Origin: Gemmatimonadales bacterium
GTDB lineage: Bacteria > Gemmatimonadota > Gemmatimonadetes > Gemmatimonadales > GWC2-71-9
Reading direction: 5' to 3'
NCBI GenBank assembly: GCA_048499805.1
Contig: JASNZF010000001.1
Coordinates: 303,551-367,550, forward strand
Length of the DNA stretch: 64,000 nt
Shown: one piece after another, positions 35,636 to 46,300 of the stretch
Position numbering within the stretch: position 1 is the first letter of the stretch
How the letters are laid out: each line of letters begins with the position of its first letter
Notes under the pieces: generated by a model
What the model was told of the DNA's origin: nothing
Databases searched by the model: none
The model's input: the letters and a program-made list of their open reading frames with translations, nothing else
Program-made: the position numbers and the translations under genes

Positions 35636-36532
35636 ATGCCTACCCCGGACCACGAAGCGATGGCCGCCACGCTCGAGGCGACTGGACGCTACCAGGTGCT
35701 CCGTCGCCTCGAGCCCACCCGCCGGTGGCACGAGCCGGACGGTGCCGAGCTCAAGACCGCCGTCGTGGTCGACGTCGAGACGACCGGCCTCGACCAGGAT
35801 CGCGATGCCATCATCCAGTTCTGTGGCATTCCCTTCACCTATGCCCCGGCGACGGGACGGATCTACGAGGCCGGAGCGCCCCTGACCGGATTTGATGATC
35901 CCCAGCGGCCCATCCCGCCCCTGATCACCGCGCTCACCGGGATTACCGACGCCGATGTGGCGGGCCAGCGCCTGGACGAGGGCGCGATCGCCGCCCTGCT
36001 GGAACCGGCGGTGCTGGTCATTGCCCATAATGCCGGCTTCGACCGGCCGTTCATCGATGCCCGCCTCGCCGGGCCATTCCGGGACAAGCACTGGGCCTGC
36101 TCGGTGGAGGGGATTCCGTGGCAGCAGTACGGCTTCAAGTCGCGCAGCCTGGAATTCCTGATGTACCGGCGCCACCAGATGTTCTTCGATGCCCACTCCG
36201 CCGAGGCCGACTGCCAGGCGCTCCTCCATGCGCTCGCGATGCCGTTCGAGGATGGGGCGCTGCCGATGGGGCTACTGCTGGAGGGAGCCCGCCGCCGGAC
36301 GGTCCGGATCTGGGCGATCGGCTCGCCGATCGAGCAGAAGGACATGCTCAAGGCGCGGCGCTATCGCTTCAATGGTGGGCAGGACGGGCGTCCCAAGGCG
36401 TGGTTCTGCGAACTGCCGGAGGGCGAGGAAAGCGAGGCGGAGCTGGCCTGGCTGCGGGAGAACATCTACGGGGGCCGGGACGGTTGGAAACTCGAAAAGG
36501 TGGATCCCCGGACCCGCTACGCCCGCGGATAG
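35636..36532 (+). CDS. DEDDh 3'-5' exonuclease (DnaQ/epsilon-like)
   Basis: VVVDVETTGLD (ExoI), IAHNAGFDRPF (ExoII) and HSAEADC (ExoIII). Confidence 0.9.
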   Translation: MPTPDHEAMAATLEATGRYQVLRRLEPTRRWHEPDGAELKTAVVVDVETTGLDQDRDAIIQFCGIPFTYAPATGRIYEAGAPLTGFDDPQRPIPPLITALTGITDADVAGQRLDEGAIAALLEPAVLVIAHNAGFDRPFIDARLAGPFRDKHWACSVEGIPWQQYGFKSRSLEFLMYRRHQMFFDAHSAEADCQALLHALAMPFEDGALPMGLLLEGARRRTVRIWAIGSPIEQKDMLKARRYRFNGGQDGRPKAWFCELPEGEESEAELAWLRENIYGGRDGWKLEKVDPRTRYARG

Positions 36533-36556
36533 GGAACGGTCGCGCGGCGTCGTCGG

Positions 36557-39211
36557 TCAGGAACCGTCTGGAGCCAGCAGGAAGTTGAGCAGCAGTCGCA
36601 GCGCGCCGCCCTCACCCGCCAGGACCTGGGTCGGCAGGTGCAGCGTGGTGTAGACCACACTGCCGCGCCCGAGGCGGGTCGACCAGGCCACCGGGACCTC
36701 GGCGCCGTCCGGCCCCTCCCGCACCACCGCGATCGGCAGGTACCGCGGATCCCACTCGCCCACCGCCAGCAGCCCCGCCGGCTCGTGCCAATCGTCGAGA
36801 TCGGCCTCGTCGAGGCGGTGCGGGCTCCGCCACCACCGCTCCGCTCCGGGCGCGGGCGAGAGCCAGGCACCGGTCGGGCGAATCGATCGGGGGGCGGGGT
36901 CCAGCCGGATCGGCCAGGGGAGCAGGCCGCTGGCGAGGAGTTCCAGCCCACCGTCATGCACCACCAGCCGACCGCCCCGGCCCACCCAGGCCAGCAGGGC
37001 AGGGGCGACCCGGCGGGCCTCGGCCGGGGAAAGCGCCCCGGGACCGACCACGATCCGGCGCATGCCCTCCAGACGGGCCGAGTCGAGGTCGGCGGGGACC
37101 AGGTCCGTCACCCGGAGGAGCAGCTGCCGCAGGGCCGTGTTGCCGAAGTCGCGTGGGCCTGCCAGGTAGCCGAATTCCGTCGAGCCGGGGACGCTGACGG
37201 GAATCGCGTCCAGCCAGAGGCCCGAGGGGCGATACATCGCGATTGGCGCGATGTGCGGATGGCGAATCGGGATCACGCCCTGCACGAACGTCTCGCCCTC
37301 GCTCTCGGCGTAGACCCGGATGGCGTGCCGTTCCCGGGAGAGCAGGACGCCCAGGTCGAATTCCACCTCCGCGATTTCTCCGGGCGCCAAGGTCAGCTTC
37401 CGGGTCCCCGACGGGACGGTGACCCCGTCGGGTGTTTGCAACCGTACCTCGACCTCGCGCGGACGGGTGGTCCACGATCGCAGCTCCACCCGCAGGCGGC
37501 GGCCCGAGAACTGGTCGGCGGGGACATAGTCGAGCATCCGTTCGAGCAGGACGGTGATGGCCGGCAGGACCAGCACCGGCTCGCGGACCGCGCCGCGATC
37601 GGGATCCAGCAGGACCGTGCTGATCGGGTCGGTGGCGAGGGGAAGTTCCACCCCGCCGACCAGGAGTCGGACGGTTGCGCGCCCGTGGAGAGCGGAACCC
37701 TCGCCTCCGAGGAGCGCCGCGGGCGGATGGCGCGCAGGCGGATAGACATATGACAACTCCTCGCGGCGCAGCGCAAGCCACCAGGGGACCGTGGCATCGA
37801 GCGGCCGGAGCACCAGGTCCCAGGCACCCTCCGCTCCCGGGGCAATCACCTCGGTGCCGGCGGCGGGCCGCAGCTGGTGCAGACGCCCATGCTCCACCTG
37901 GCCCCCCAGCATGGTGACCGGCAACATTCCCCGGTTCGCGATGGTGAGCCGGGTGGGGAGCGAGTCGCCCGGGGCCACCCATCCACGCTCCGCCTCCCAC
38001 CGCGCCTCGATTCCCGCGGCCACCAGTGCCAACTCCACCAGGCGGGCCTCCGTCAGGCCGAGCGCGGCATCCTGTTCCGCCTCTTCCTCACGCCACGGCA
38101 GGCGACGGTCCCCGCTCGGCACGACCAGCGCCCGGGCGGCCCGCACGGCGCCGATGGCGTCAAGGACTTCCGGGAGCGCCTCCGCCGGTGATCCGGCATC
38201 GATCGAGTCCTGGATGGCGGCGATCGCCTGGGCCAGGGCGGCAGCCCGTTCCCGGCGCTCGGCTGCCAGGCTCGAATCGCGGGCCCACTCGCCCCAGGTC
38301 GTCCGAATCCCGGGGAACAGCTCACCGCGCCGTTCGGCATCGAGGTGGAGGGAGCGGATCAGCCCAAGCCGGGCCTCGGGTGACGGTGGCAGGGGCAACA
38401 GCCCGAGTCCCTGGCTGCGTTGGAGGGCGCTGGCTTGCGCCCCGATCGCGGCGAAGGTGGCAGCGCGAGGCTGGTGCCAGGCGGCCAGGTCGACCCGCAC
38501 GGTCGGCTGGCCGTCGCACCCCTCCTCGTAGAGGTGGAGCGGCTGCCAGGCCGGGCGGAAATACCCTGCCTCGTACGATACCTGGGAGGTGTCGGCCGAG
38601 GCGGCGAAGGCCTCCTCCGCGAGTTCCCGCGCCACCGCGCGCTCGGGATCGGGGACGCCTCCCGGTGCCGCACACCCGACGACCAGGATGTGGGGACGAA
38701 CCGACCGGATCACCGTGACGAGGTCGGCGAGGATGCGCTGGCGGGGCCAGACCTGCCAAGGATCCGCCCCCGGGGCGAGCGCGCCGAGGTCGTAGCCGCG
38801 CGTGAAATACTGGCGGCCCCCGGCCCGGCGACGCACCTCCTGCATCTCCTGCACCCGCAACACACCGAGTGCCTCGCCGATCTCCCGCCCGAAGCGATTG
38901 CCCGAGGCCTCCCCTCGATGCAGGGACAGGACCGCGACCTCTGCGCCGGCCGCCAGGTGCAGCCAGGCAACGAGGCCCGTCGGTTCCTGCTCGGGTCGCG
39001 CGGTGATCACCAGGGCGCGGCTGGTCGTGGGGAGACGGGCCACCATCTCCACGACGGTGGTGGCATCGACCTGCTGGGCTGCCAGGGGTGCGGCTGGTCC
39101 GGCGGCGAGGCAGGGAAGCAGGACGGCGAGGAGCGCTCGGCTGCGCGACCGGGCCGGGAGCAGGGGGCGGGACGTTGAAATGGATGTGGCGGACGGCGAC
39201 AGGGGGGGCAC
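36557..39211 (-). CDS. Secreted PIG-L/LmbE-like deacetylase homolog with C-terminal Ig-like and GATase-like domains; metal ligands missing
   Basis: GAGGAG then GTG 39211, followed by a signal peptide. VLSLHRGE...GEALGVLRVQE...QYFTRGYDLG...DLVTVIRSVRP aligns to the LmbE family, but HPDD reads RPEQ. Confidence 0.75.
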   Translation of the reverse strand: MPPLSPSATSISTSRPLLPARSRSRALLAVLLPCLAAGPAAPLAAQQVDATTVVEMVARLPTTSRALVITARPEQEPTGLVAWLHLAAGAEVAVLSLHRGEASGNRFGREIGEALGVLRVQEMQEVRRRAGGRQYFTRGYDLGALAPGADPWQVWPRQRILADLVTVIRSVRPHILVVGCAAPGGVPDPERAVARELAEEAFAASADTSQVSYEAGYFRPAWQPLHLYEEGCDGQPTVRVDLAAWHQPRAATFAAIGAQASALQRSQGLGLLPLPPSPEARLGLIRSLHLDAERRGELFPGIRTTWGEWARDSSLAAERRERAAALAQAIAAIQDSIDAGSPAEALPEVLDAIGAVRAARALVVPSGDRRLPWREEEAEQDAALGLTEARLVELALVAAGIEARWEAERGWVAPGDSLPTRLTIANRGMLPVTMLGGQVEHGRLHQLRPAAGTEVIAPGAEGAWDLVLRPLDATVPWWLALRREELSYVYPPARHPPAALLGGEGSALHGRATVRLLVGGVELPLATDPISTVLLDPDRGAVREPVLVLPAITVLLERMLDYVPADQFSGRRLRVELRSWTTRPREVEVRLQTPDGVTVPSGTRKLTLAPGEIAEVEFDLGVLLSRERHAIRVYAESEGETFVQGVIPIRHPHIAPIAMYRPSGLWLDAIPVSVPGSTEFGYLAGPRDFGNTALRQLLLRVTDLVPADLDSARLEGMRRIVVGPGALSPAEARRVAPALLAWVGRGGRLVVHDGGLELLASGLLPWPIRLDPAPRSIRPTGAWLSPAPGAERWWRSPHRLDEADLDDWHEPAGLLAVGEWDPRYLPIAVVREGPDGAEVPVAWSTRLGRGSVVYTTLHLPTQVLAGEGGALRLLLNFLLAPDGS

Positions 39212-39239
39212 CGGTCTCCTCGGGGCGCAGGGGGGCCTG

Positions 39240-40406
39240 TTATCTGTACGCAATCCTGCCGAGAAAGATTTCCTGGCGGGCGCGCCCGCTGCCGGGGTCC
39301 CATTCCCAGGTTGCCACGAACGCCACCCCCAGGCGATCGCCGTCCGCAAAGAGTGTGGGCGCGCTCAGGCCGGGAGCCCCGGCACCGAACGCCTCGGCGA
39401 AGCCCGCTTGTGCCAGGGCCGTGCGCAGGTGCATCGGCCAAACCGGGTGGAGGTTCTGGTCCAGCTCGGAGATGACCACGTCGTTGCTGCCGTTGTCGAC
39501 CCAGGCGATGAAGAGCTTGTCCCCCACTGTGGCGAGCGCCGGTCGCGCGGCACCTCCGCGCGGGTGGAGCAGGTGCCGGCCTCCGACCACGCGCCATTCC
39601 CGATCGTACAGCTCGATATAGATGCTGTACCCGTTGGGCCCCTCGTTGCGGTGCCCGGCATTGGACACATAGGCCAGGGCGTAGCGCTCGCGCCACCCGG
39701 TCGGCAGGATTGTGAGGGCAGGGGTGCCGGCTTCGCCGGTCGCATCGGGCCCGCGTACCAGCCAGCGGTCCTCCTCTGCCCCAGTCGCATCCAGCTGACG
39801 GACCTCGATGTTCACGCTGTCGTAGGCGCGCCGGCCCGGCCGGGGATCGCCGCGGTAGGCGCCCACGCTGCTGGCCACGAACAGCTTGCCGGTATCGGGG
39901 TCGTGGAGCAGCGCGGGCGAGGAATGATTGACTGGCGGGCCGCCCCTCGGATCGCGGGTCAGTCGGGTGGAGCGCACCGGAAGGTCGAAGTGCCCGGCAT
40001 ACTCGACCAGCCCCAGGTCGCGGTCGCCGGTGCGCATCGAGCGATCGGCAAAGTAGTACGCGACCCAGGCGTGCTCCCCGTTCTGTGCCACCGATGCGCC
40101 CCACTGGTGGGACCAGGCCTCCATCACGGGAATGGGGGTGCCGAGCAGCGTCCCGTCGCGCCCCACCTCCTGGCGGAGGATGCGGTAGTTCCGCCCGGCC
40201 TCGGTGGAGGGCACCAGGCTCGGGGCGGTTTCCCAGAAGACGCTGTAGCCGGTCGGTCCAACCGCGACACCGGGGCGGTCCCGGACTTCGGGGCCCGCCG
40301 CAACCCGGTGCAGGTCCGATACGACCAGCTGTCCCGTCGCGGAGGACGGGTGCGCCGCGGGCAGCGTTGCCGCGAGCACGAGGGCAGGGGGGAGTCGGCG
40401 CCACAT
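39240..40406 (-). CDS. Hypothetical secreted protein, beta-rich and possibly a propeller
   Basis: ATG 40406 with signal-like MWRRLPPALVLAATLPAA. High-GC3 codon pattern. Co-oriented with flanking genes. Confidence 0.65.
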   Translation of the reverse strand: MWRRLPPALVLAATLPAAHPSSATGQLVVSDLHRVAAGPEVRDRPGVAVGPTGYSVFWETAPSLVPSTEAGRNYRILRQEVGRDGTLLGTPIPVMEAWSHQWGASVAQNGEHAWVAYYFADRSMRTGDRDLGLVEYAGHFDLPVRSTRLTRDPRGGPPVNHSSPALLHDPDTGKLFVASSVGAYRGDPRPGRRAYDSVNIEVRQLDATGAEEDRWLVRGPDATGEAGTPALTILPTGWRERYALAYVSNAGHRNEGPNGYSIYIELYDREWRVVGGRHLLHPRGGAARPALATVGDKLFIAWVDNGSNDVVISELDQNLHPVWPMHLRTALAQAGFAEAFGAGAPGLSAPTLFADGDRLGVAFVATWEWDPGSGRARQEIFLGRIAYR

Positions 40407-40458
40407 GCTGCAAGCTCTCCACCCGGCGGCTGCCAAGGCAAGGTCGCCCGGCGATGAC

Positions 40459-43215
40459 CTAGGTGTCGAGCGTGTCCCGGACCAGCGTGGTGAGGGAGGC
40501 CGGGGTGTATGGCTTGGCGAGAAAGCTGGTGCGCGCCGGCAGCGAGTCCGTCCCGATGACGGCGGGATCGGCGTAGCCCGAGACGAGGATTCCCTTGAGG
40601 TCCGGGTTCCGTTGCCGCAGGGCCGACAGCACTTCCGGTCCCGACATCTGGGGCAGGACCACATCGCTCACGACCAGCTCGATCGACGGATTGCTCGCCT
40701 CCATGAGGGCCAGGGCTTCGGCCCCGCTGGCGGCCTCGAGGACCTGGTAGCCGGCGCCGCGCAGGATCTTGGCGGCGAGGGCACGCACCGCCGTCTCGTC
40801 CTCGATGAGCAGGATCGTCTCCCTGCCGGCGGGGACGACCGGGTCGGGGGTGTCGGGGACAGGCGCCGGGTTCTCCCCCGATCGCGGCAGCAGGCAATGA
40901 ACCGTCGCGCCACAGCCCACGCCAGCGCTGGTGGCCCAGATCAATCCCCCCGCCTGGTGGATCAGCCCGTGGCAGGACGCCAGGCCGAGTCCGGTCCCCT
41001 TGCCGCGCGGCTTGGTGGTGTAGAAGGGCTCGAAGATCAGCGGCAGGGTCTCGGGGGCGATCCCGACCCCGGTATCGGCCACGATCACTTCCACCCAGTC
41101 GGCTGCGGGGACTTCCTGCTCCTCCACGAGCGGGAGCGACCGGGCGTCGTGGTTCACCGTGGTGATCGTGAGGGTGCCCCCCTTGGGCATCGCATCGCGG
41201 GCGTTGATGACCAGGTTCACGAGGACCTGCTCCAGGGGGCCCGGGTCCATCATCACCGGCCAGGTGTCGGGGGCGGCGTCCACGACGACGGCCACGCGCT
41301 CGGTCGCCAGGCGACGCAGCAAGGGCAGCACCTCCTGGAGGAGGGCCGGCAGGTTGACGGAGCGCGGCGTGACCCGCTGCCGGCCGGCGAAGGCCAGCAA
41401 TTGGCTGGTCAGCTCCGCCGCCTGGACCCCGGCCCGGCGGATCTGTTCCAGGTCGTCGTGCACCGGATGCTCCGGGGGCAAGGCCCCGCGGCCGATCTCG
41501 GCATACCCGAGGATGGCGGTGAGCAGGTTGTTGAAGTCGTGCGCGATCCCGCCAGCCAGGCGGCCGATCCCCTCCAGCTTCTGGCTCTGGAGCAGTTCCT
41601 GCTCCAGCCGTCGCTGGGCCGAGACATCCTGGATGGCGCCGAAGATCCGGACCGGGCGACTCCCGTCCCATTCGACCTGCCCCAGGACCCGCACCCAGAG
41701 TCGCTGCCCGCCGGCCGTGTCGAGCTGGAGGATCTGGTCCCACGGCGCCCCGCTGGTCATGGCCCGCTCCAGCAGGTGCCGGATCACCGGCTGGCTTTCC
41801 GGGGCAAAGAAGGCGATGGCGGTGTCGACCGTCGGGGTGTAGGTCGCCGGGGAGACGGCGTGCAGCTGGTAGGTGCCGGTGGTCCAGTGCAGCGTGCCCG
41901 AGAGGAGGTCGAGTTCCCAGCCCCCCAGCAGCGAGAGGTTGCCGGTCTCGCGCGCCAGGCGCGCCTCGCGCCGCAGGTCGGTCACGTCGGTTACGAAGCC
42001 GGAGAGCCGGATCGGCCTGCCGTCCACGTCGCTGCGTACATCCAGCCGCGCCTCGCACCACCGATACTCGCCCGACCGGGTGCGCCACCGGAAGCTGTGG
42101 TGGTAGGGGCGGCCCTCGGCGATGCACTGGAGCAGGATCGCCCGGGTGTCGGCGGCGTCGTCCCGGTGCAGGTGGGACAAGAGGCCCTCTCCGGAGAGAT
42201 CCAGCTCCTCCTCGTGCCCCGCGTACCCGGCGATCTCATACAGGCGGGGAGAGCAGTACACCTCGCCGGTGACCAGGTTGGCATCGAAGAGCCCGTCCTT
42301 CGATCCGCCGACCGCCGCGGCCAGCCGCTCCTCGCTGGCGGTCAGCGCCGCCTCGATCCGGACCCGCTCCAGCTCCGCTGCCGCCCGTGCCGCGAACACC
42401 GCCAGGATGCTGGTCACATCCCGGCTGCGGTAGAGCGGTGCGGTATCCATCACCGCCACCAGGCCAATCACCTTGCCCGTGGAGTCGGTCAGCGGGGCGC
42501 CAAGATACCCCTCGGCATCGACCTCCCGGAGCCAGGCGTCGTGTGGGAAGTGCTGCTGGACCCCCTCGGCGACATAGCAGCACATCCCGGCGCAGACGCC
42601 CTCGCACGGGGTCCCCGCCAGCTCGTAGGTCAGGTTGTCGACGAGACGGTCGTCCACCCAGAGCGCCAGGGTGCGCGCCGTGGTGGCCTGCTCGTCCACA
42701 AGCTCGGCCACCATGGCCATCCGGACACGAAAGGTATCGGCCAGGTGCCGCACCAGTGACCCGAAATGCGCCCCTCCGGTCGCCCGGGAGGTGGCCTCGA
42801 CGATCAGGCGGAGCGGATCCTCCCCCAGGTGCCGGTGGCGGATGTCCCGGAGCAGCACCAGCATCCCGGCGAATCGACCGTCCTCGTGGTGGAGGAGCTT
42901 GCAGTGGGCCTCGACCTTGAAGACGCTGCCGTTGGGATGCTGGGCGTCCAGTTCGGCGATGTCCCAGACCCGGATCTCGAGGAACCGGGCGACCAGATGC
43001 GCCGCTCGCACCCGGTCCGACTCGGCCAGCAGGGTGAGGGCACTCCGACCGACCAGGACCTGCGGATCCGGGAGGCCGAACATTTCCGCAAGGGCAGCGT
43101 TGGCGCTGGTGATCCGGAGCGCGGCATCGACCACCAGGATGGCGTCCTCGGCCACCGAGGTCAGGGCCCGGTAGCCCGCCTCCACGACCGGGCCCGATGG
43201 GGGGACGGGCCGCAC
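40459..43215 (-). CDS. Hybrid sensor histidine kinase/response regulator (PAS-GAF-PAS-PAS-HisKA-HATPase-REC)
   Basis: GRLAGGIAHDFNNLL, QVLVNLVINARDAM, DTGVGI, FEPFYTTK, GTGLGL, and REC motifs LLIEDE...SDVVLPQMSG...SGY...KP. Confidence 0.95.
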   Translation of the reverse strand: MRPVPPSGPVVEAGYRALTSVAEDAILVVDAALRITSANAALAEMFGLPDPQVLVGRSALTLLAESDRVRAAHLVARFLEIRVWDIAELDAQHPNGSVFKVEAHCKLLHHEDGRFAGMLVLLRDIRHRHLGEDPLRLIVEATSRATGGAHFGSLVRHLADTFRVRMAMVAELVDEQATTARTLALWVDDRLVDNLTYELAGTPCEGVCAGMCCYVAEGVQQHFPHDAWLREVDAEGYLGAPLTDSTGKVIGLVAVMDTAPLYRSRDVTSILAVFAARAAAELERVRIEAALTASEERLAAAVGGSKDGLFDANLVTGEVYCSPRLYEIAGYAGHEEELDLSGEGLLSHLHRDDAADTRAILLQCIAEGRPYHHSFRWRTRSGEYRWCEARLDVRSDVDGRPIRLSGFVTDVTDLRREARLARETGNLSLLGGWELDLLSGTLHWTTGTYQLHAVSPATYTPTVDTAIAFFAPESQPVIRHLLERAMTSGAPWDQILQLDTAGGQRLWVRVLGQVEWDGSRPVRIFGAIQDVSAQRRLEQELLQSQKLEGIGRLAGGIAHDFNNLLTAILGYAEIGRGALPPEHPVHDDLEQIRRAGVQAAELTSQLLAFAGRQRVTPRSVNLPALLQEVLPLLRRLATERVAVVVDAAPDTWPVMMDPGPLEQVLVNLVINARDAMPKGGTLTITTVNHDARSLPLVEEQEVPAADWVEVIVADTGVGIAPETLPLIFEPFYTTKPRGKGTGLGLASCHGLIHQAGGLIWATSAGVGCGATVHCLLPRSGENPAPVPDTPDPVVPAGRETILLIEDETAVRALAAKILRGAGYQVLEAASGAEALALMEASNPSIELVVSDVVLPQMSGPEVLSALRQRNPDLKGILVSGYADPAVIGTDSLPARTSFLAKPYTPASLTTLVRDTLDT

Positions 43216-43324
43216 GCCGGCGCCGCCGCCTTCCAGGTGCGCGGCGACCAGGCGCAGCCACGCCGGGTCGCCGGGCTGCGGAAACTCGGCGTCCGGGGAG
43301 ATCAGGCCTCCCCTGTTGCGGTCG

Positions 43325-46300
43325 TCACCGGCGGGTCCCGGTCAATCGGTTGACCGTGGCCACCAGCGCATCCAGCTCGGCACGGAGGACCATCAGGCGG
43401 TCCTTGGAGTCCTTCCCCACCTGCTGGTCGGCCCGGGTGTCCATGCCGTACAGGTAGCTGATGTGGGCCTGCAGCCCCGGCTGGCTGTAGCGCACCGGCG
43501 GGGTGATCAGCTTCTGCTCGACTTCCTCCAGCTCGGCAAGGAGGGTTCGATCCGGCGTCGGCGCCGAGGCGGCGCGCTGCCGGGCGGTCCGCACTCGATC
43601 CACCAGGTGGTTCACGTCACTCACCAGGTCGCGGGCCCGGAGGTTGTGTGCCAACTGGTCCTCCAGCACCGCCTGCGTCACCCCATCCTGGGTCACCCGC
43701 GGATCGGCGCGGATCACCAGCGGCACCTCGGCGCTCCAGCTGCCCATCGCCAGGCGCACGGTGTAGCGTCCCGGGACCGCCATCGGTCCGTTCCGGCCAC
43801 TGGCGCCGGCATTGGCCGCCCAGGCGCCGGGCCACCGGTAGTCCCACACGAAGCGATTCACCCCGGGCCTGGCCGGGAGCCGGGGCGTTCCCTCGATCTC
43901 CTGCACCGGCCGGCGCATCCCGGGCTCGGCCGGGTCTCGCGCCACCTCGCCGGGCCCTTCACTCGAGAACCGCCGGACCACGGTCCCGCGGCTGTCGCGG
44001 ATCTCGAGCGTCAGGGCGCCCTGGGGGGCGGCGCCAAGCCAGTACTCGATCGCGGCACCCATCGGGGGAAACTCGGGTTGATCGGCCGCTGGCGCCCGGG
44101 CGCCCTCGGCGCCCCCGAAGCCGCCGCTGTAGCGGTACCGGATGTCCTCACGCGGGGTGAAGAGATGGGCCGGGGCCCCGAGCACCGCCGGGGTGACCTG
44201 GTGCAGGACCGAAAGGTTGTCCAGGATCCAGAACGAACGCCCTTGGGTGGAGAGCACCAGGTCCTTGCGATGGATCCGGAGGTCGGTCACCGGGGTGCGG
44301 GGGAGGTTGAGCTGCAGCGGCTGCCAGCGCCCGCCGTTGTCGAACGAGACGAACATGCCGAACTCGGTCCCCGCGTAGAGCAGTCCTTCGCGGTCGGGAT
44401 CCTCCCGCACCACGCGGGTGGGTTCGTCGGCCGGGATCCCGTTGGTGCCGGTGGTGAGCAGGGTCCAGGTGGCGCCGTAGTCGTCGGTGCGGAAGATCCA
44501 GGGGCGGAAGTCGCCGAGGAGGTAGCGGAGGACCGCCACGTAGGCCGAGCCACGGCGGTGCGGCGAGGGCTCGATCGTCTGCACCCGGCCACCGCCGGGC
44601 AGCGCCGGTGGAGTGACCTTCGTCCAGGTCTTGCCGCCGTCGCGGGTCAGGTGGATCGGCCCGTCGTTGGCGCCGGTCCAGATGACGCCGGGTTCCAGCG
44701 CCGACTCGCGGATCTGGTAGAGGGTGCTGTAGTACTCCTCGCCGGTCACGTCGAGGGTGATCGGCACGCCCGACGGGGCCTGCTTGGTCAGGTCGAACTC
44801 GGTCAGGTCGGGGCTGATCGTCTCCCAGGTGGCCCCCTCGTCCCGGGTCCGGTGGACGTGCTGCGACCCGTAGTAGAGCGTGCCGGGGTCGTGCGGCGAG
44901 ATCTCCATCGGGCTGACCCGCTGGAACCGGTAGATCATCGCCGTCCCCGGGTTGCCGTAGAGCGACTGGGCGCCCACCCAGTACTGCTTCTCCTGCCCGG
45001 TGCGGAGGCTCATCCGGCTGTACTGCCCCTTGCAGCTGCCGTAGACGGTGTCGGGATGCACCGGATGAGGCATGATCGGGCCGGTCTCGCATCCCGGACC
45101 CTGGCGCCAGAGCTGGATCGGGTCGTCGGGACTGCTGGATGCCGGCGGCAGGCTGGGCAGGATCAGGGTGCTGTTGTCCTGCTGCGCTCCGTAGACCCGG
45201 TACGGGTACTGGTTGTCCACCGCCACCTGGTAGATCTCGGCGGTCGGCTGATTGTACTGGGTGGACCAGGTCGCCCCATCGTTCAGGGTGATGTTGGCTC
45301 CGCCGTCGTTGGCCTGGATCCAGATCGCCGGGTTGCGCGGGTTGATCCAGAGGTCGTGGTTGTCGCCGTGGGGCGTCCGCACGGTGCGGAAGGTGCGGCC
45401 CCCGTCGGTGGACTGGTAGAACCCTTCCGCCCCGGCGAAGAGCCGGTCGGCATTGGTCGGGTCGGCGTCGAGGTTGGTGTAGTAGAATGGGCGGTTGAGG
45501 AGCCCCGACTGATTGCTCACGAACTGCCAGCTGTCGCCGCTGTTGTCGGAGCGGTAGAGCCCCGGGTTCGGCAGGGCCTCGATCAGGGCGTACACCCGGT
45601 TGGGTGCGGCGGCGGAAACGGCCAGGTCGGGCTTGCCGACCAGTCCGGAAGGCAGCCCGGCAGTCATCTTGGTCCAGGTCAGGCCCCCATCGCGGCTGCG
45701 GTACAGCCCGCCCTCGTGCGCCCCGCTGATGATCGTCCACGGCTTGCGCTCAGCGCGCCAGGCCGCGGCATAGACGGTGTTCGGGTCGCCGGGATGGAAC
45801 TCGAGGTCCACCACCCCGGTGCTGTCCGAGATGAAGAGCGTCCGGCTCCAGGTGCGGCCGCCATCCTGGGTCCGGTAGACGCCGCGCTCCGGGTTGGGCG
45901 CAAAGGGGTTGCCCACCGCGGCGGCGAGCACGATCTCGGGATTGGTGGGATGGATGATCACTGCACCGAGCTGCCCGGTCTCGCGGAGCCCCATCGCAGT
46001 CCAGGTGGCGCCGGCATCGACCGACTTCCAGATGCCGCGCCCGATCGAGACATTGCTGCGGAGTCCCTCGGAGCCGGTGCCGACCCAGACGATGCGCGGG
46101 TCGGAATCGGCGACGTCCAGGGAGCCGATCGAGCCAAGGTCCAGGAAGCCGTCGGTGACGTTGTTCCAGCTCGCGCCGGCGTCGGTCGTCTTCCAGACCC
46201 CGCCGCCGGTCGAGCCGAAATAGAAGGTGTGTGGCTCCTGGATGACGCCGGTGACGGCGGTCACCCGGCCACCGCGGGCGGGGCCGATCATCCGGTAGCG

